41,548 nucleotides of DNA from Candidatus Magasanikiibacteriota bacterium (GTDB lineage Bacteria; Patescibacteriota; Patescibacteriia; Magasanikbacterales; GWA2-37-8). Below the pieces are notes generated by a model that was not told where the DNA came from, made no database searches, and was given only the letters and a program-made list of their open reading frames with translations. The position numbers and the translations under genes are program-made. Below are positions 10,886 through 20,000 of this stretch, one piece after another. Numbering within the stretch: the stretch's first letter is position 1; the number at the start of each line of letters is the position of its first letter. The DNA lies in NCBI GenBank assembly GCA_036172155.1, contig JAVHSM010000035.1, forward strand, positions 1 to 41,548, read 5' to 3'.

Positions 10886-11189
10886 ACATATTAACTAAAC
10901 TCATCAAGACACCCTCGGTTCCACCGTCCTCACCACCAGCCAATCCGGCAACATACTCACCAAATACCAATATGACCCCTTTGGCCAACTCATCGGCCAA
11001 GACGGTTTCACCAACACCAACTACCTCTACACCAACCAAGAATACGACCAAGAATCCGAACTCTATTATTATAACGCCCGCTACTACAACCCACGCCTAG
11101 GCAGGTTCATCTCTCGTGACCCATACCTCGGCCGTGATGGTGACACACTCTCTAGAAACGGATATACTTATGTAAAGAAAAATTTATAA
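10886..11189 (+). pseudogene. Orphan RHS core-end fragment (toxin-less remnant)
   Basis: Roughly 85-90% identical by eye to 9691-9981. Translates to '(T)HQDTLGSTVLTTSQSGNILTKYQYDPFGQLIGQDGFTNTNYLYTNQEYDQESELYYYNARYYNPRLGRFISRDPYLGRDGDTLSRNGYTYVKKNL*'. An in-frame TAA lies just upstream (10896-10898), there is no start codon, and the fragment ends before the DPxG motif. Confidence 0.85.
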
Positions 11190-11213
11190 AAAATAAACTT
11201 AAATATTCAAAAC

Positions 11214-12701
11214 ATGAAAAAAATTATTTCTAATTCGATTATAATTTTTTCTCTACTGTATGTTATATTTCTCAGTGGAAATTCTGTTTTAGCAAAGTCT
11301 AATTTTTCAAGTCCTCCAACAAGAAAATTATTAGCTTGGAGTGGGTGGGATAAAGCTGTCTCTTGGTTTAAAAAATCTACACCACCACCTGTGCTGGTCA
11401 TTCCAAAAGTTGTTCCAGCCAAGAAAAGTGATACTTCTGTCGTTAATAAAAAAAATCTACCAAAGCAACAAGCAGTTGTTAATAAAAAAACTGTTGGCAA
11501 AACAAATATTTCAGCCACTCCGGGAAAAGTTTTTGTACAGCCTTTTGTAGGCAATTCTGTTGCGTTACTTGATACTTTAGACAAAAAAATAAATTCAGAT
11601 AAAATTATTAGCGTTTATGTAGCGCCTACTAACCCTGAGGTAGTTGATGTGGGAAGTTTTAACTCAGAAAGATCAATGACCATAGCTAAAGGAATTAATA
11701 ACAAAGGTGTTGTGGTTGGTGATTCAGAAAAAAATAACCGCAGCCCAGGAACCCCATTTTTATTTAAGAATGGTATTATAAAAAATATTGGTGGCGGTTA
11801 TTATGGGACAGCTAATGCTATAAATGATAATGATCAAGTAGTTGGTCAATTGTTGGAACCAAACAATGTCGGAATTTTTAGCGGAATGGTTCGCCCTTTT
11901 CTTTGGGAAAATGACAAAATCACTAAAATTGGAAAATCACCTGGTATTTCGTTAGATATAAATAATAAAAAGCAAATTGTTGGGTTTATGTGGATAGGAC
12001 AATATGAAGGTTATCCGGTACATTCATTTATTTGGGAAAAAGGAGTTACCAAAGATTTGGGTACTTTGGGAGGTGATGACGATGGTGGTGCGACTACCGC
12101 CAATGCAATTAATAATGTTGGTCAAGTGGTTGGTTGTTCTATAGCTAAAGATGGATTTCAACATCCTTTTTTGTGGGAAAATGGAAAAATGAAGAATCTT
12201 GGGAATTTATATAATGAAGGTGGATGTGCGGTTGATATCAATGATTCTGGTCAAATAGTTGGGTATTTTTATAAAAAAGATAAAAATCCAAAATATAGAA
12301 TAATTGAACCATTTATATGGGAGAAAGACCAACTAAATCCATTGACGGATGCCCCCAAAAATTTTTGGCCATATAAAATTAACAATCATGGAGATATTGT
12401 TGGTGCATATAATGGTCTGACGATTAGAAAAAACGGTATTTATTCGTCGTATTTAGAATTAAGTGGTTGGTCGTTGGATGTTAATGACGGAGTCGGTTTT
12501 AATGATAACAGACAGGTGGCGGCGTCAGGTAATAGGGCTGAAAATAATTTTAAATATGGCTTGATGATTTCCTTACCAGATAACATGCCGGACATAAAAG
12601 CAAAAGTTCAAAATATAATTAAAATTGAGCCGATGGAAGAACCTAGAGATCCGAACACTGCCTACCCAGTCTTAGTCCCTGCTCCAGCTCAGAATTTTTA
12701 G
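11214..12701 (+). CDS. Secreted HAF-family extracellular repeat protein
   Basis: Signal peptide (MKKIISNSIIIFSLLYVIFLSGNSVLA). At least 6 repeats of 'IN(N/D).GQ(V/I)VG', each followed by '(H/R/E)(P/S)F(L/I)WE(N/K)G...(N/D)LG', e.g. INNVGQVVGC...HPFLWENGKMKNLGNL. Confidence 0.65.
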   Translation: MKKIISNSIIIFSLLYVIFLSGNSVLAKSNFSSPPTRKLLAWSGWDKAVSWFKKSTPPPVLVIPKVVPAKKSDTSVVNKKNLPKQQAVVNKKTVGKTNISATPGKVFVQPFVGNSVALLDTLDKKINSDKIISVYVAPTNPEVVDVGSFNSERSMTIAKGINNKGVVVGDSEKNNRSPGTPFLFKNGIIKNIGGGYYGTANAINDNDQVVGQLLEPNNVGIFSGMVRPFLWENDKITKIGKSPGISLDINNKKQIVGFMWIGQYEGYPVHSFIWEKGVTKDLGTLGGDDDGGATTANAINNVGQVVGCSIAKDGFQHPFLWENGKMKNLGNLYNEGGCAVDINDSGQIVGYFYKKDKNPKYRIIEPFIWEKDQLNPLTDAPKNFWPYKINNHGDIVGAYNGLTIRKNGIYSSYLELSGWSLDVNDGVGFNDNRQVAASGNRAENNFKYGLMISLPDNMPDIKAKVQNIIKIEPMEEPRDPNTAYPVLVPAPAQNF

Positions 12702-12736
12702 ATATCGTTGTGTTGATAAATAAGTAGATATAGGAT

Positions 12737-12768
12737 AAAATAGAGCTGTTAAAACATAGCTCTATTTT
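12737..12768 (+). terminator. Rho-independent terminator after the HAF-repeat gene
   Basis: Stem aaaatagagct (12737-12747) pairs with agctctatttt (12758-12768) around a 10-nt loop, with a T-rich 3' side. It abuts the ATG of the next gene. Confidence 0.55.
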
Positions 12769-13254
12769 ATGATTCGTACCCTAGTTGATTTTTTCTCTGG
12801 TTTTCCTCCAGAAATTGCCACCTTTATTTTGGCGATGTTGCCTTTTACCGAAAAGGTTTCCTTGGCTATCGGCGTGGCCGCTTTTCATCTCAACGGTTTG
12901 GAGGTGATGCTTATTGTTATGGTAGGCAATATGGTGCCAATTTTTTTGATTTTGGGTTTAGCTGAGAAGTTTCACATTTGGATCTCCAAAAATGACGGTT
13001 TTTTTGGAAAAACTTGGATAAAAACAATCGCTCACGCTCAGCACAAATTTGCCAAATATCAAAAGTATGAACTTTGGGGTTTGCTTATTTTTATGAGTCT
13101 ACCATTACCAATAAATGGTGGTATTACCGGTTCGCTAATCGCTTTTGTATTAGGTATGCCAGCCAAAAAAGCTTGGCTGTATCTTTTTGCTGGGGTAATT
13201 GTTTCAAATTTAATTACCTTGGGAGTTACAGTAGGTTTGGGGAAAATATTTTAA
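12769..13254 (+). CDS. Small multidrug-export-family membrane protein (COG2426/PF06695-like)
   Basis: 161 aa with about 4 hydrophobic helices. 'LPFTE..SLAIGVA' and 'VGNMVPIFLIL' fit the family pattern as I remember it. Confidence 0.5.
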   Translation: MIRTLVDFFSGFPPEIATFILAMLPFTEKVSLAIGVAAFHLNGLEVMLIVMVGNMVPIFLILGLAEKFHIWISKNDGFFGKTWIKTIAHAQHKFAKYQKYELWGLLIFMSLPLPINGGITGSLIAFVLGMPAKKAWLYLFAGVIVSNLITLGVTVGLGKIF

Positions 13255-13269
13255 TTCAACTTGTTGATT

Positions 13270-14346
13270 ATGAATTTGGATAAATTGCAGATATTGAATA
13301 AAAAGATTGAGGAGGCGATGTCTTTGCTAAAATTACCGGAATTAAAAAATAAAGCCCAACAACTCGAAGCCCAAATGAGTGGGGCTGATTTTTGGTCTGA
13401 TCAAAAACGGGCACAAAATATTTCTCAAGATTACCAAAATATAAAATCGGAGATAGAAAAGTGGGAGGAAATAAAAAAACAGGTTAGCAATTCGTTGGAA
13501 TTGGCGCAGAGTGGCGATGAGAGTTTGGAAAAAGAAATCGAAGTTCAAACTTCGCAATTAGAAAAAAAATTTCAAGATTACGAATTATTTTTGCTTTTAA
13601 ATAGTCCCTACGATCAAAACAACGCTATTATCTCGATTCACGCTGGCAGTGGTGGTACCGAGGCTCAAGATTGGGTAGAAATGTTGTTGCGGATGGTTTC
13701 GAGATTTTGTGAAAAACAAAGTTGGCGCCTTGAAATACTCGACGAAAGTCGGGGAGAAAAAGTTGGTTACAAATCGATTACTGTTCGTATTAGTGGTCGT
13801 TACGCTTTTGGTTATTTAAAATCCGAACATGGCGTGCACCGCATGGTACGCATCTCACCGTTTGACGCCGAAAAAATGCGCCACACTACTTTTGCATTGA
13901 TGGAAGTATTACCTGAATTGGATGATAAAATCGAAGTTACCGTTGATCCAAAAGATCTGCGTATTGATACATTTATGAGTGGTGGTAAAGGCGGACAAAG
14001 TGTGAATACTACTTATAGTGCGGTGCGTATTGTGCATATTCCGACTGGCATTAGTGTATCCTGTCAAAATGAACGCTCGCAAATGCAAAACAAAGAAACC
14101 GCGATGAAAATTCTCAAAGCCAAATTGCATCTTTTGGAAGAAGAAAAACAGGTCAAGGCGCACAAAGAATTACGCGGTGAATATAAATCAGCGGAGTGGG
14201 GGAATCAGATTCGCAGTTATGTTTTGCATCCGTATCATTTGGTTAAAGATCATCGTACGGATTATGAATCGACTGATCCGGAGGGGGTGCTCGAAGGGGA
14301 TTTGTTGCCACTTTGTGAAGCTTATTTAAAATGGATTAAAACTTAA
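13270..14346 (+). CDS. prfB: Peptide chain release factor 2
   Basis: GGQ motif (SGGKGGQSVNTT) and the RF2-specific SPF tripeptide (RISPFDA). Full length in a single frame. ATG at 13270 is preferred over TTG at 13261. Confidence 0.9.
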   Translation: MNLDKLQILNKKIEEAMSLLKLPELKNKAQQLEAQMSGADFWSDQKRAQNISQDYQNIKSEIEKWEEIKKQVSNSLELAQSGDESLEKEIEVQTSQLEKKFQDYELFLLLNSPYDQNNAIISIHAGSGGTEAQDWVEMLLRMVSRFCEKQSWRLEILDESRGEKVGYKSITVRISGRYAFGYLKSEHGVHRMVRISPFDAEKMRHTTFALMEVLPELDDKIEVTVDPKDLRIDTFMSGGKGGQSVNTTYSAVRIVHIPTGISVSCQNERSQMQNKETAMKILKAKLHLLEEEKQVKAHKELRGEYKSAEWGNQIRSYVLHPYHLVKDHRTDYESTDPEGVLEGDLLPLCEAYLKWIKT

Positions 14347-14348
14347 TT

Positions 14349-14429
14349 GTCATTCCCGCGCTTTTAATTGTCATTCCCGCGAAAGCGGGAATCCAGAAAT
14401 GCGTAGATTCCCGCTTTCGTGGGAATGAC
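14349..14429. repeat. Cluster of family-A palindromic elements (one partial, one forward, one inverted)
   Basis: gtcattcccgcg (14349-14360). gtcattcccgcGAAAgcgggaatcc (14370-14394). gattcccgctttcgtgggaatgac (14406-14429). Confidence 0.9.
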
Positions 14430-14442
14430 AAAATTAAATTTT

Positions 14443-15045
14443 ATGAACATAATGTCCGAATGTAATTTAGCACAAATAGTTTTCGAAATTTTAAATGGGA
14501 AAGTTTTGGTTTTTCCAACGGAGACTTCTTATGGTTTGGGATGTGATGCCACCAATCAGGAGGCAGTGGCTCGGATTTTTAAAATAAAGGGTAGAGTAGA
14601 GGATAAACCACTTTTAATTGTGGTGGATAGTATCGAAAGTGCGAAAAAATATTTAAAATGGAATGATAAAATAGAAAATCTGGCCAAAAAGTATTGGCCT
14701 GGATCACTCACGATAGTGGGCGAATATGGCGGCGAAAATTTGGCCGATGGTATCATTAGCAAAGACGGTACAATAGCGGTGCGCGTTTCAGCCTATCCAC
14801 TGTTCAAATCAATTATCGAAAAAATCGGTCGGCCGCTTGTGGCGACATCGGCCAATTTGGCTGATGAACCATCGCTTTTTGATCCGGTAAAAATTGCTCA
14901 AGTTTTTGAAAATAAAGCAGACCAACCGGACATAATTTTAAATTATGGAATTCTATCAACAATGCCAGCTACCACTATCGTATCGGTAGTTGGTAATGAA
15001 ATAAAAATTATAAGGCAAGGCAGTGTTGTTTTAAATGAAATATAA
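14443..15045 (+). CDS. tsaC: L-threonylcarbamoyladenylate synthase, short TsaC/YrdC form
   Basis: 'VFPTETSYGLGCDA', 'KGR...KPLLIVV' and 'VATSANL'. The ORF-track start at 14419 reads through the palindromic repeat, so ATG 14443 is preferred. Confidence 0.85.
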   Translation: MNIMSECNLAQIVFEILNGKVLVFPTETSYGLGCDATNQEAVARIFKIKGRVEDKPLLIVVDSIESAKKYLKWNDKIENLAKKYWPGSLTIVGEYGGENLADGIISKDGTIAVRVSAYPLFKSIIEKIGRPLVATSANLADEPSLFDPVKIAQVFENKADQPDIILNYGILSTMPATTIVSVVGNEIKIIRQGSVVLNEI

Positions 15046-15052
15046 TTGATTT

Positions 15053-15077
15053 GTCATTCCCGCGAAAGCGGGAATCC
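15053..15077 (+). repeat. Family-A palindromic element (GAAA loop)
   Basis: gtcattcccgcGAAAgcgggaatcc, an 8-bp stem attcccgc/gcgggaat. Confidence 0.9.
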
Positions 15078-15084
15078 AGAAAGT

Positions 15085-15387
15085 ATGAATAGGAGGGATT
15101 TTTTTGTATATATTCTAGCTAATCAAAAAAATGGCGCTATCTATGTTGATGTTACTAATAATTTAATTAGAAGAATATATGAACATAAAAATAATATTAT
15201 AGATGGGTTTACAAAAAAATATAATATCCATAATTTGGTATATTATGAATCTTATGATGATATTAGAAATGCTATTAGCAGAGAAAAACAAATAAAAAAA
15301 TGGAATAGAAAATGGAAAATAAGATTAATTGAAGAAAATAACTATTCTTGGAAAGATTTGTATAAAGAATTAAATCCTATTAATTAA
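15085..15387 (+). CDS. GIY-YIG nuclease family protein (UPF0213/YhbQ-like)
   Basis: 'FFVYILANQKNGAIYVDVTNNLIRRIYEHK' and 'REKQIKKWNRKWK'. The ORF-track start at 15046 translates the repeat (ICHSRESGNPE), so ATG 15085 is preferred. Confidence 0.8.
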   Translation: MNRRDFFVYILANQKNGAIYVDVTNNLIRRIYEHKNNIIDGFTKKYNIHNLVYYESYDDIRNAISREKQIKKWNRKWKIRLIEENNYSWKDLYKELNPIN

Positions 15388-15391
15388 TATC

Positions 15392-15444
15392 CTGGATCAC
15401 CGCCTGCGCGGGGATGATAAAACTATAGTGATAGCAGGAATGAC
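15392..15444 (-). repeat. Degenerate family-A element in inverted orientation plus a terminal GGAATGAC
   Basis: ctggatcaccgcctgcgcggggatgat (15392-15418) is the reverse complement of a GTCATTCCCGCG...GGAATCCAG-like unit. gcaggaatgac lies at 15434-15444. Confidence 0.7.
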
Positions 15445-15453
15445 AATTATTAT

Positions 15454-16329
15454 ATGAATGAAAAACTTTTCAATGTAGATTATTTGAAGCACCTTTGTTT
15501 CAAATTTCAGTTGCGACCATCCAAAGAATATGGTCAAAATTATCTTATCAATCCGGAGGCGATAGAGATGGTGATCGTCGCGAGTGGTGTCAACAAAAAA
15601 GATACCGTGGTGGAAGTGGGTCCCGGTTTTGGTATTCTCACTTTGGATTTGGCGGCCAAAGTAAAAAAATTATTCGCATTTGAAATTGAAATAAAACTAA
15701 AACCATATTGGGAAGAAATCAGTACGCGCCTATCTCAAAGTAAAGAAAATAATTTTGAAATTATTTGGGGTAATGTTTTGAGAATGGCGAAAGATCGCCA
15801 TGTCGCTGAGCTCCTCGCGATGACCGGTGAATACAAAGTAGTGGCCAATTTGCCATATCAGATTACTTCGCCAATATTAAAATTATTTTTGGAAGATTTG
15901 AAAAACAAACCCAAAGAAATGACTTTGATGGTACAAAAAGAAGTTGCTCAAAGAATTTGCGCCAAACCGGGGGAGATGTCGGTACTTGGTTTGTCGGTAC
16001 AATATTTTGGCGAGGCCGAAATTGTTGGTGAAGTAAAAAATAACAATTTTTGGCCTGTACCAAAGGTAGATTCGGCGATTATAAAAATAAAACTTAAAAA
16101 ATCTACAACCACCCCTGAACAAGACCGTCAATTTTTCAAAATTATTAAAGTTGGCTTTGCTCAAAAAAGAAAATTATTGACCAAAAATTTATTGCCAATA
16201 ATTGGCAAGCAACACAAAGAAAAACTGTTAGCCGAATTAAAAAAACTTGGTCACAAAGAGACAGTGCGTGCTCAAGAACTCAGTATCGCCGATTGGCAAG
16301 CATTAACAAAGATATCCACATTACAATAA
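15454..16329 (+). CDS. rsmA: 16S rRNA (adenine1518/1519-N6)-dimethyltransferase
   Basis: 'YGQNYL', the SAM motif 'VVEVGPGFGILT' and 'ANLPYQITSPIL'. Confidence 0.9.
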   Translation: MNEKLFNVDYLKHLCFKFQLRPSKEYGQNYLINPEAIEMVIVASGVNKKDTVVEVGPGFGILTLDLAAKVKKLFAFEIEIKLKPYWEEISTRLSQSKENNFEIIWGNVLRMAKDRHVAELLAMTGEYKVVANLPYQITSPILKLFLEDLKNKPKEMTLMVQKEVAQRICAKPGEMSVLGLSVQYFGEAEIVGEVKNNNFWPVPKVDSAIIKIKLKKSTTTPEQDRQFFKIIKVGFAQKRKLLTKNLLPIIGKQHKEKLLAELKKLGHKETVRAQELSIADWQALTKISTLQ

Positions 16330-16349
16330 TGTAGTTTTTGTGTTATAAT
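16321..16349 (+). promoter_or_regulatory. Candidate extended -10 promoter for the TSP3/giant-protein operon
   Basis: TGtTATAAT at 16341-16349, with a weak -35 TTACAA at 16321-16326 (17-nt spacer). It overlaps the rsmA stop. Confidence 0.35.
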
Positions 16350-16370
16350 AACAGCAAATTATTTGAGCCT

Positions 16371-17024
16371 ATGGAAGACGGCGAAAAACCCACTCAAACT
16401 GGCTTGTCAAAAGAGCAAAAGATCGGATTTGTCTTGTTGCTGGCTTTTGGTATTCTTTCGATTGGGTTGGGAGTTTTGCAAATTCGCAACAATATGTACA
16501 GTCATTTCGCGCTCAACAATTCTGTGCCGGCTACAATTAAAGATCAGGTGGACACTGTCGATGCATTACGCTTTCGCGATACCGATAAAGACGGTCTGAG
16601 TGATTTTGATGAATTGTATGTCTATGGCAGTAGTCCATATTTGGCCGATTCCGACAGCGATGGGATTCTCGACGGACAAGAAATAAAAAACGGTACCAAC
16701 CCTCTTTGCGCGGAAGGACAAAATTGTGGAATGTCTCCGGAAACTGTCGCCATAGATGCTTTGAATACCAGCAGTTTGGCGGTTGATCCTTCATTATATG
16801 CATCTGCCGGTAGTTTGCCGTTTGATTTGGAAAACGCTGTCAAAGATCCGGTTCAAGTTAGAAAAATGCTGATCGATGCGCATATTAGTCCTGATATAGT
16901 GAACAAAATTTCCGATGTTGATCTAATGAAAATGATCACCGAAATCATGTCCACTTCGACTGTCACCAACAATATCCAATCTTTAAACAATAGTATTATT
17001 TTAACTACCGGTACCAAAAAATAA
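16371..17024 (+). CDS. Single-pass membrane protein with thrombospondin type-3-like Ca-binding repeats
   Basis: TM helix IGFVLLLAFGILSIGLGVLQI. Asp-rich repeats 'DTDKDGLSDFDE' and 'DSDSDGILDGQE'. ATG 16371 is preferred over the alternative start at 16338, which overlaps the -10 box. Confidence 0.7.
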   Translation: MEDGEKPTQTGLSKEQKIGFVLLLAFGILSIGLGVLQIRNNMYSHFALNNSVPATIKDQVDTVDALRFRDTDKDGLSDFDELYVYGSSPYLADSDSDGILDGQEIKNGTNPLCAEGQNCGMSPETVAIDALNTSSLAVDPSLYASAGSLPFDLENAVKDPVQVRKMLIDAHISPDIVNKISDVDLMKMITEIMSTSTVTNNIQSLNNSIILTTGTKK

Positions 17025-17033
17025 TTTTGCCGT

Positions 17034-20000
17034 ATGTTTTATAAAAAAATAAAAAAATTCACGATCGGTATTATTTTATCCGCCTTTATTTTTTCATCCA
17101 TGGCTGGATTTTTACTTTCCGCTCAACCGGCTCAGGCCATACCGGTAGAAATTTTGGGTGATGTGCCAAGGCAAGCTGGTGGAATATTTGACATGATAAA
17201 AAACGGTTGGAAAATAGCGATCATGAATGCTTTCCAACAAGCAGTGGCTTATGGTATGCGCAAAGTGGCTTATGATAGTGCTGTTTATATTGCTTCGGGT
17301 GGCAAAGGTCAAAAACCTTTTTGGCATACGGATAATAATAAAAGTTATTTGCAAAATGTCGCTGACGAGGCGGCTGGTACGGCTATCGAACAGCTAGGCA
17401 GTGGGTTTGGGGTGAATCTTTGTATGATTCCCGATGTAAAAGTGGATTTGGCATTTCGTCTTGGTTTGCACTACAATTTTGCGACTGCGGACGGTAATAA
17501 ACCACCACCACCAAGTTGTAGTTTTACTAAGTTTTTGGAAAATTGGAATGGTGATGCTTGGGCTAGTAAATATGGAGATGGCGCAGGCGGGGTAGATTCC
17601 AGTAAACTTTTTAATAGTAGTTTTTCAGCGGATAACACCGATTTGGGTTTGGCTTTGAAATCCACCGAACAGATAGACAGATTGGTAGCCAAACAAACCA
17701 ATGGCGCCAGTGCGGATCGTATCGAGGGACAAGGTTTCAAAACTTTGGCTAATCTAATTGACGGCAAAACCAAAACACCAAGTCAGGCTATAAAACAAAG
17801 CGCGGAAGCCAATTCTCCTTCTGCTAACCAGAAAAAAAGCGAAGAGCAGATGATGGCGGCGCTTGGGGCGGGTGCTTATGAAATTTTGCCTTCGACATTA
17901 TCTTTGTTTTTGAATACTTTGGCTGGGCAGATGGTGAAGAATTTTCAGGACAAAGGGATGTTACCATTTGGCGCGTGTGTCGGCGGATATGGTGGCGCGG
18001 CTTGTAAAAGTGGTGGTACCGCCGCCAATTACGACGCCAGTCCGGATGTCAACGGCCGAGCGGTGGCCGAAGCGGTATTCAGTGATTTTTTGATCGTCAA
18101 ACTCAATCCTTCCAATAATTATGATATTATCAAAGAGTTGAATAGCGGTTGTGACACCAACAATCGCGGATTATACAATTGTCGTATTGATCAGGGTCTA
18201 GTACGGGCTATCCAAGAAGATAAAAACGGCAAACCGATGACTATCGCCGAGGCTTTGAGCAATGGTTCGCTAAAGGGTGATAGAAAAATAATTTCTCCAA
18301 AAGACCAGATTCATGATTCCAACTGTGAAGTTGATAATTTTTATTGCTACTCCAATATTAGAGTTTTGCGTCAATTGGGTATTATGCCACTTGGTCTGGA
18401 AATTGCCGCCTTGCATAGCGATCCGGATTCTCCTTGGACACTCAGCGATGTGGTTCGTGGTTTTTATGATTGCAATAAAAACCAATTTGGTGATATCATT
18501 TATGATCCGGTGAATCATCCGTTTTGTCATTTGGTAGATCCAAATTGGGTAATAAAATTGAATCAAACAAAATGTAGTGTCTTTGCTTCCAGTGCCGTGC
18601 CTCAAAGTTCGGGAATTCCTGACAGAATTCAAGAATGTGAAGATTTGAAGATCTGTACCGCCGAATCCAAAGACCCTAGTCATACTTGTTTGAATTTTGG
18701 TAATTGTTTGCGTGAAAAAAATATTTGGCGTTTTGAAGCTGATTCTTGTGATGCTCAATTTGCTACCTGTCGCACTTTTGCCGATTCGAGCGGAAAAAAT
18801 GTTTCATATCTTTATCGTACTTTGGATACCGGTGAGTGTGATCAAAAAACCGCCGGTTGTCAGGCTTATAGCTTGGAACAAAACGATAGTGGTAATTGGA
18901 ATCCAGTCAATAAAATCGATTACGGGTCTTATTCCACCGGTATTTATTTGAATAAAAATGTTGCTACCAATTGTTCGGCTAACTCAGCTGGCTGTTCGGC
19001 TTTTCGCGCGCTCAATGATGACGGACACGGGACAGTGTTTGATATCAAAAAAGCGCCGGATTATCTACATTGTTATGATGTGGGTGCCGACCAATCCAAC
19101 GGTATTCAATGGCCGCAAAATTTTGCCGATATTGCCAAATTAAAACCCAGAGAAGAATGTAAAAACTACGCGTCGGTCTGTATCGCCGATGAAATTGGTT
19201 GTTCGCAATATACTTTGGCTGATGTACCGGCAGGTGAGTCCGCGCCGATTATTCCGGGTAAATTTACACCGGCATCTTCGACTATCGACGCCGTGTCCGG
19301 CACCACTATCACCGATTGGAATGATCAATGCGACGCAAAATGCGCCGGCTATGATGCTTATCGTGAAATGCCGACAAAATATTCAGCCGGTACAGCCTTG
19401 ACTTATTTGGTACCACCGTCCGCGTACAATAATTCCGGCACCACCTGTAATGCCAACCAAGAAGGTTGTAACAGTTTTACCAATTTAAGCACCACTGAAA
19501 ATGGTGGAGAAAAAGTAGAATATTTTACTGATCTGCGCGCTTGTATCAAACCGGATATTACCAAACAAAAGAATTTTTATACTTACGAAGGTTCTATTGC
19601 CGGCGGTTATCAATTGCAGTCATTTGTTTTACAGGAAGATAAAACCGGTGACAGTGATCCAAATGCAAAAGCCGGCGGTCCAGCTTATGTGTTTGCTACC
19701 GACCAAGAAAAAATCGATGCCAAAGAAATTTGTAACGCCACCAAATACAAATCCAGTCTTCAAGATGTGTTGATTTCCGATTGTCGTGAATTCAATGATG
19801 ACAAAGGCAGTGTCTATTATCGTTTGTTGTCACATACTGTGGTGGTCTCCGCTGACTGTACACCTTATCGTTTGAATAGTAGTGAGTTGGCTGGCAAAGA
19901 TACTTGTTTTGGCAACGGCGAACTCAAAGACGGATTCTGTTTTTATCAAGGTTTGCCAGGAGGAATAGAAACCTCTGCCGGATCTAGTCAATCTTGTACC

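Noticed and set aside
10842-11051. 69-aa minus-strand ORF in the ORF track.
   Set aside because: It is an antisense shadow of the orphan RHS core fragment. The same 'GVGET.LADELA.G' mirror appears antisense to the main RHS gene at 9742-10095.
9691-11189. Considered whether the duplicated RHS-end segments are a diversity-generating retroelement TR/VR pair.
   Set aside because: Mismatches between the copies are not concentrated at adenines; they include c/t, t/c and ggt/aac changes. No reverse transcriptase is nearby. The segment is the conserved RHS core, not a variable ligand-binding tip.
15790-15835. The 'AKDRHVAELLAMTG' segment of rsmA looked like a translated palindromic-repeat insertion.
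   Set aside because: It has no GTCATTCC/GGAATGAC termini and only a weak palindrome. The spacing between the SAM-binding region and 'ANLPYQI' is normal for KsgA/RsmA.
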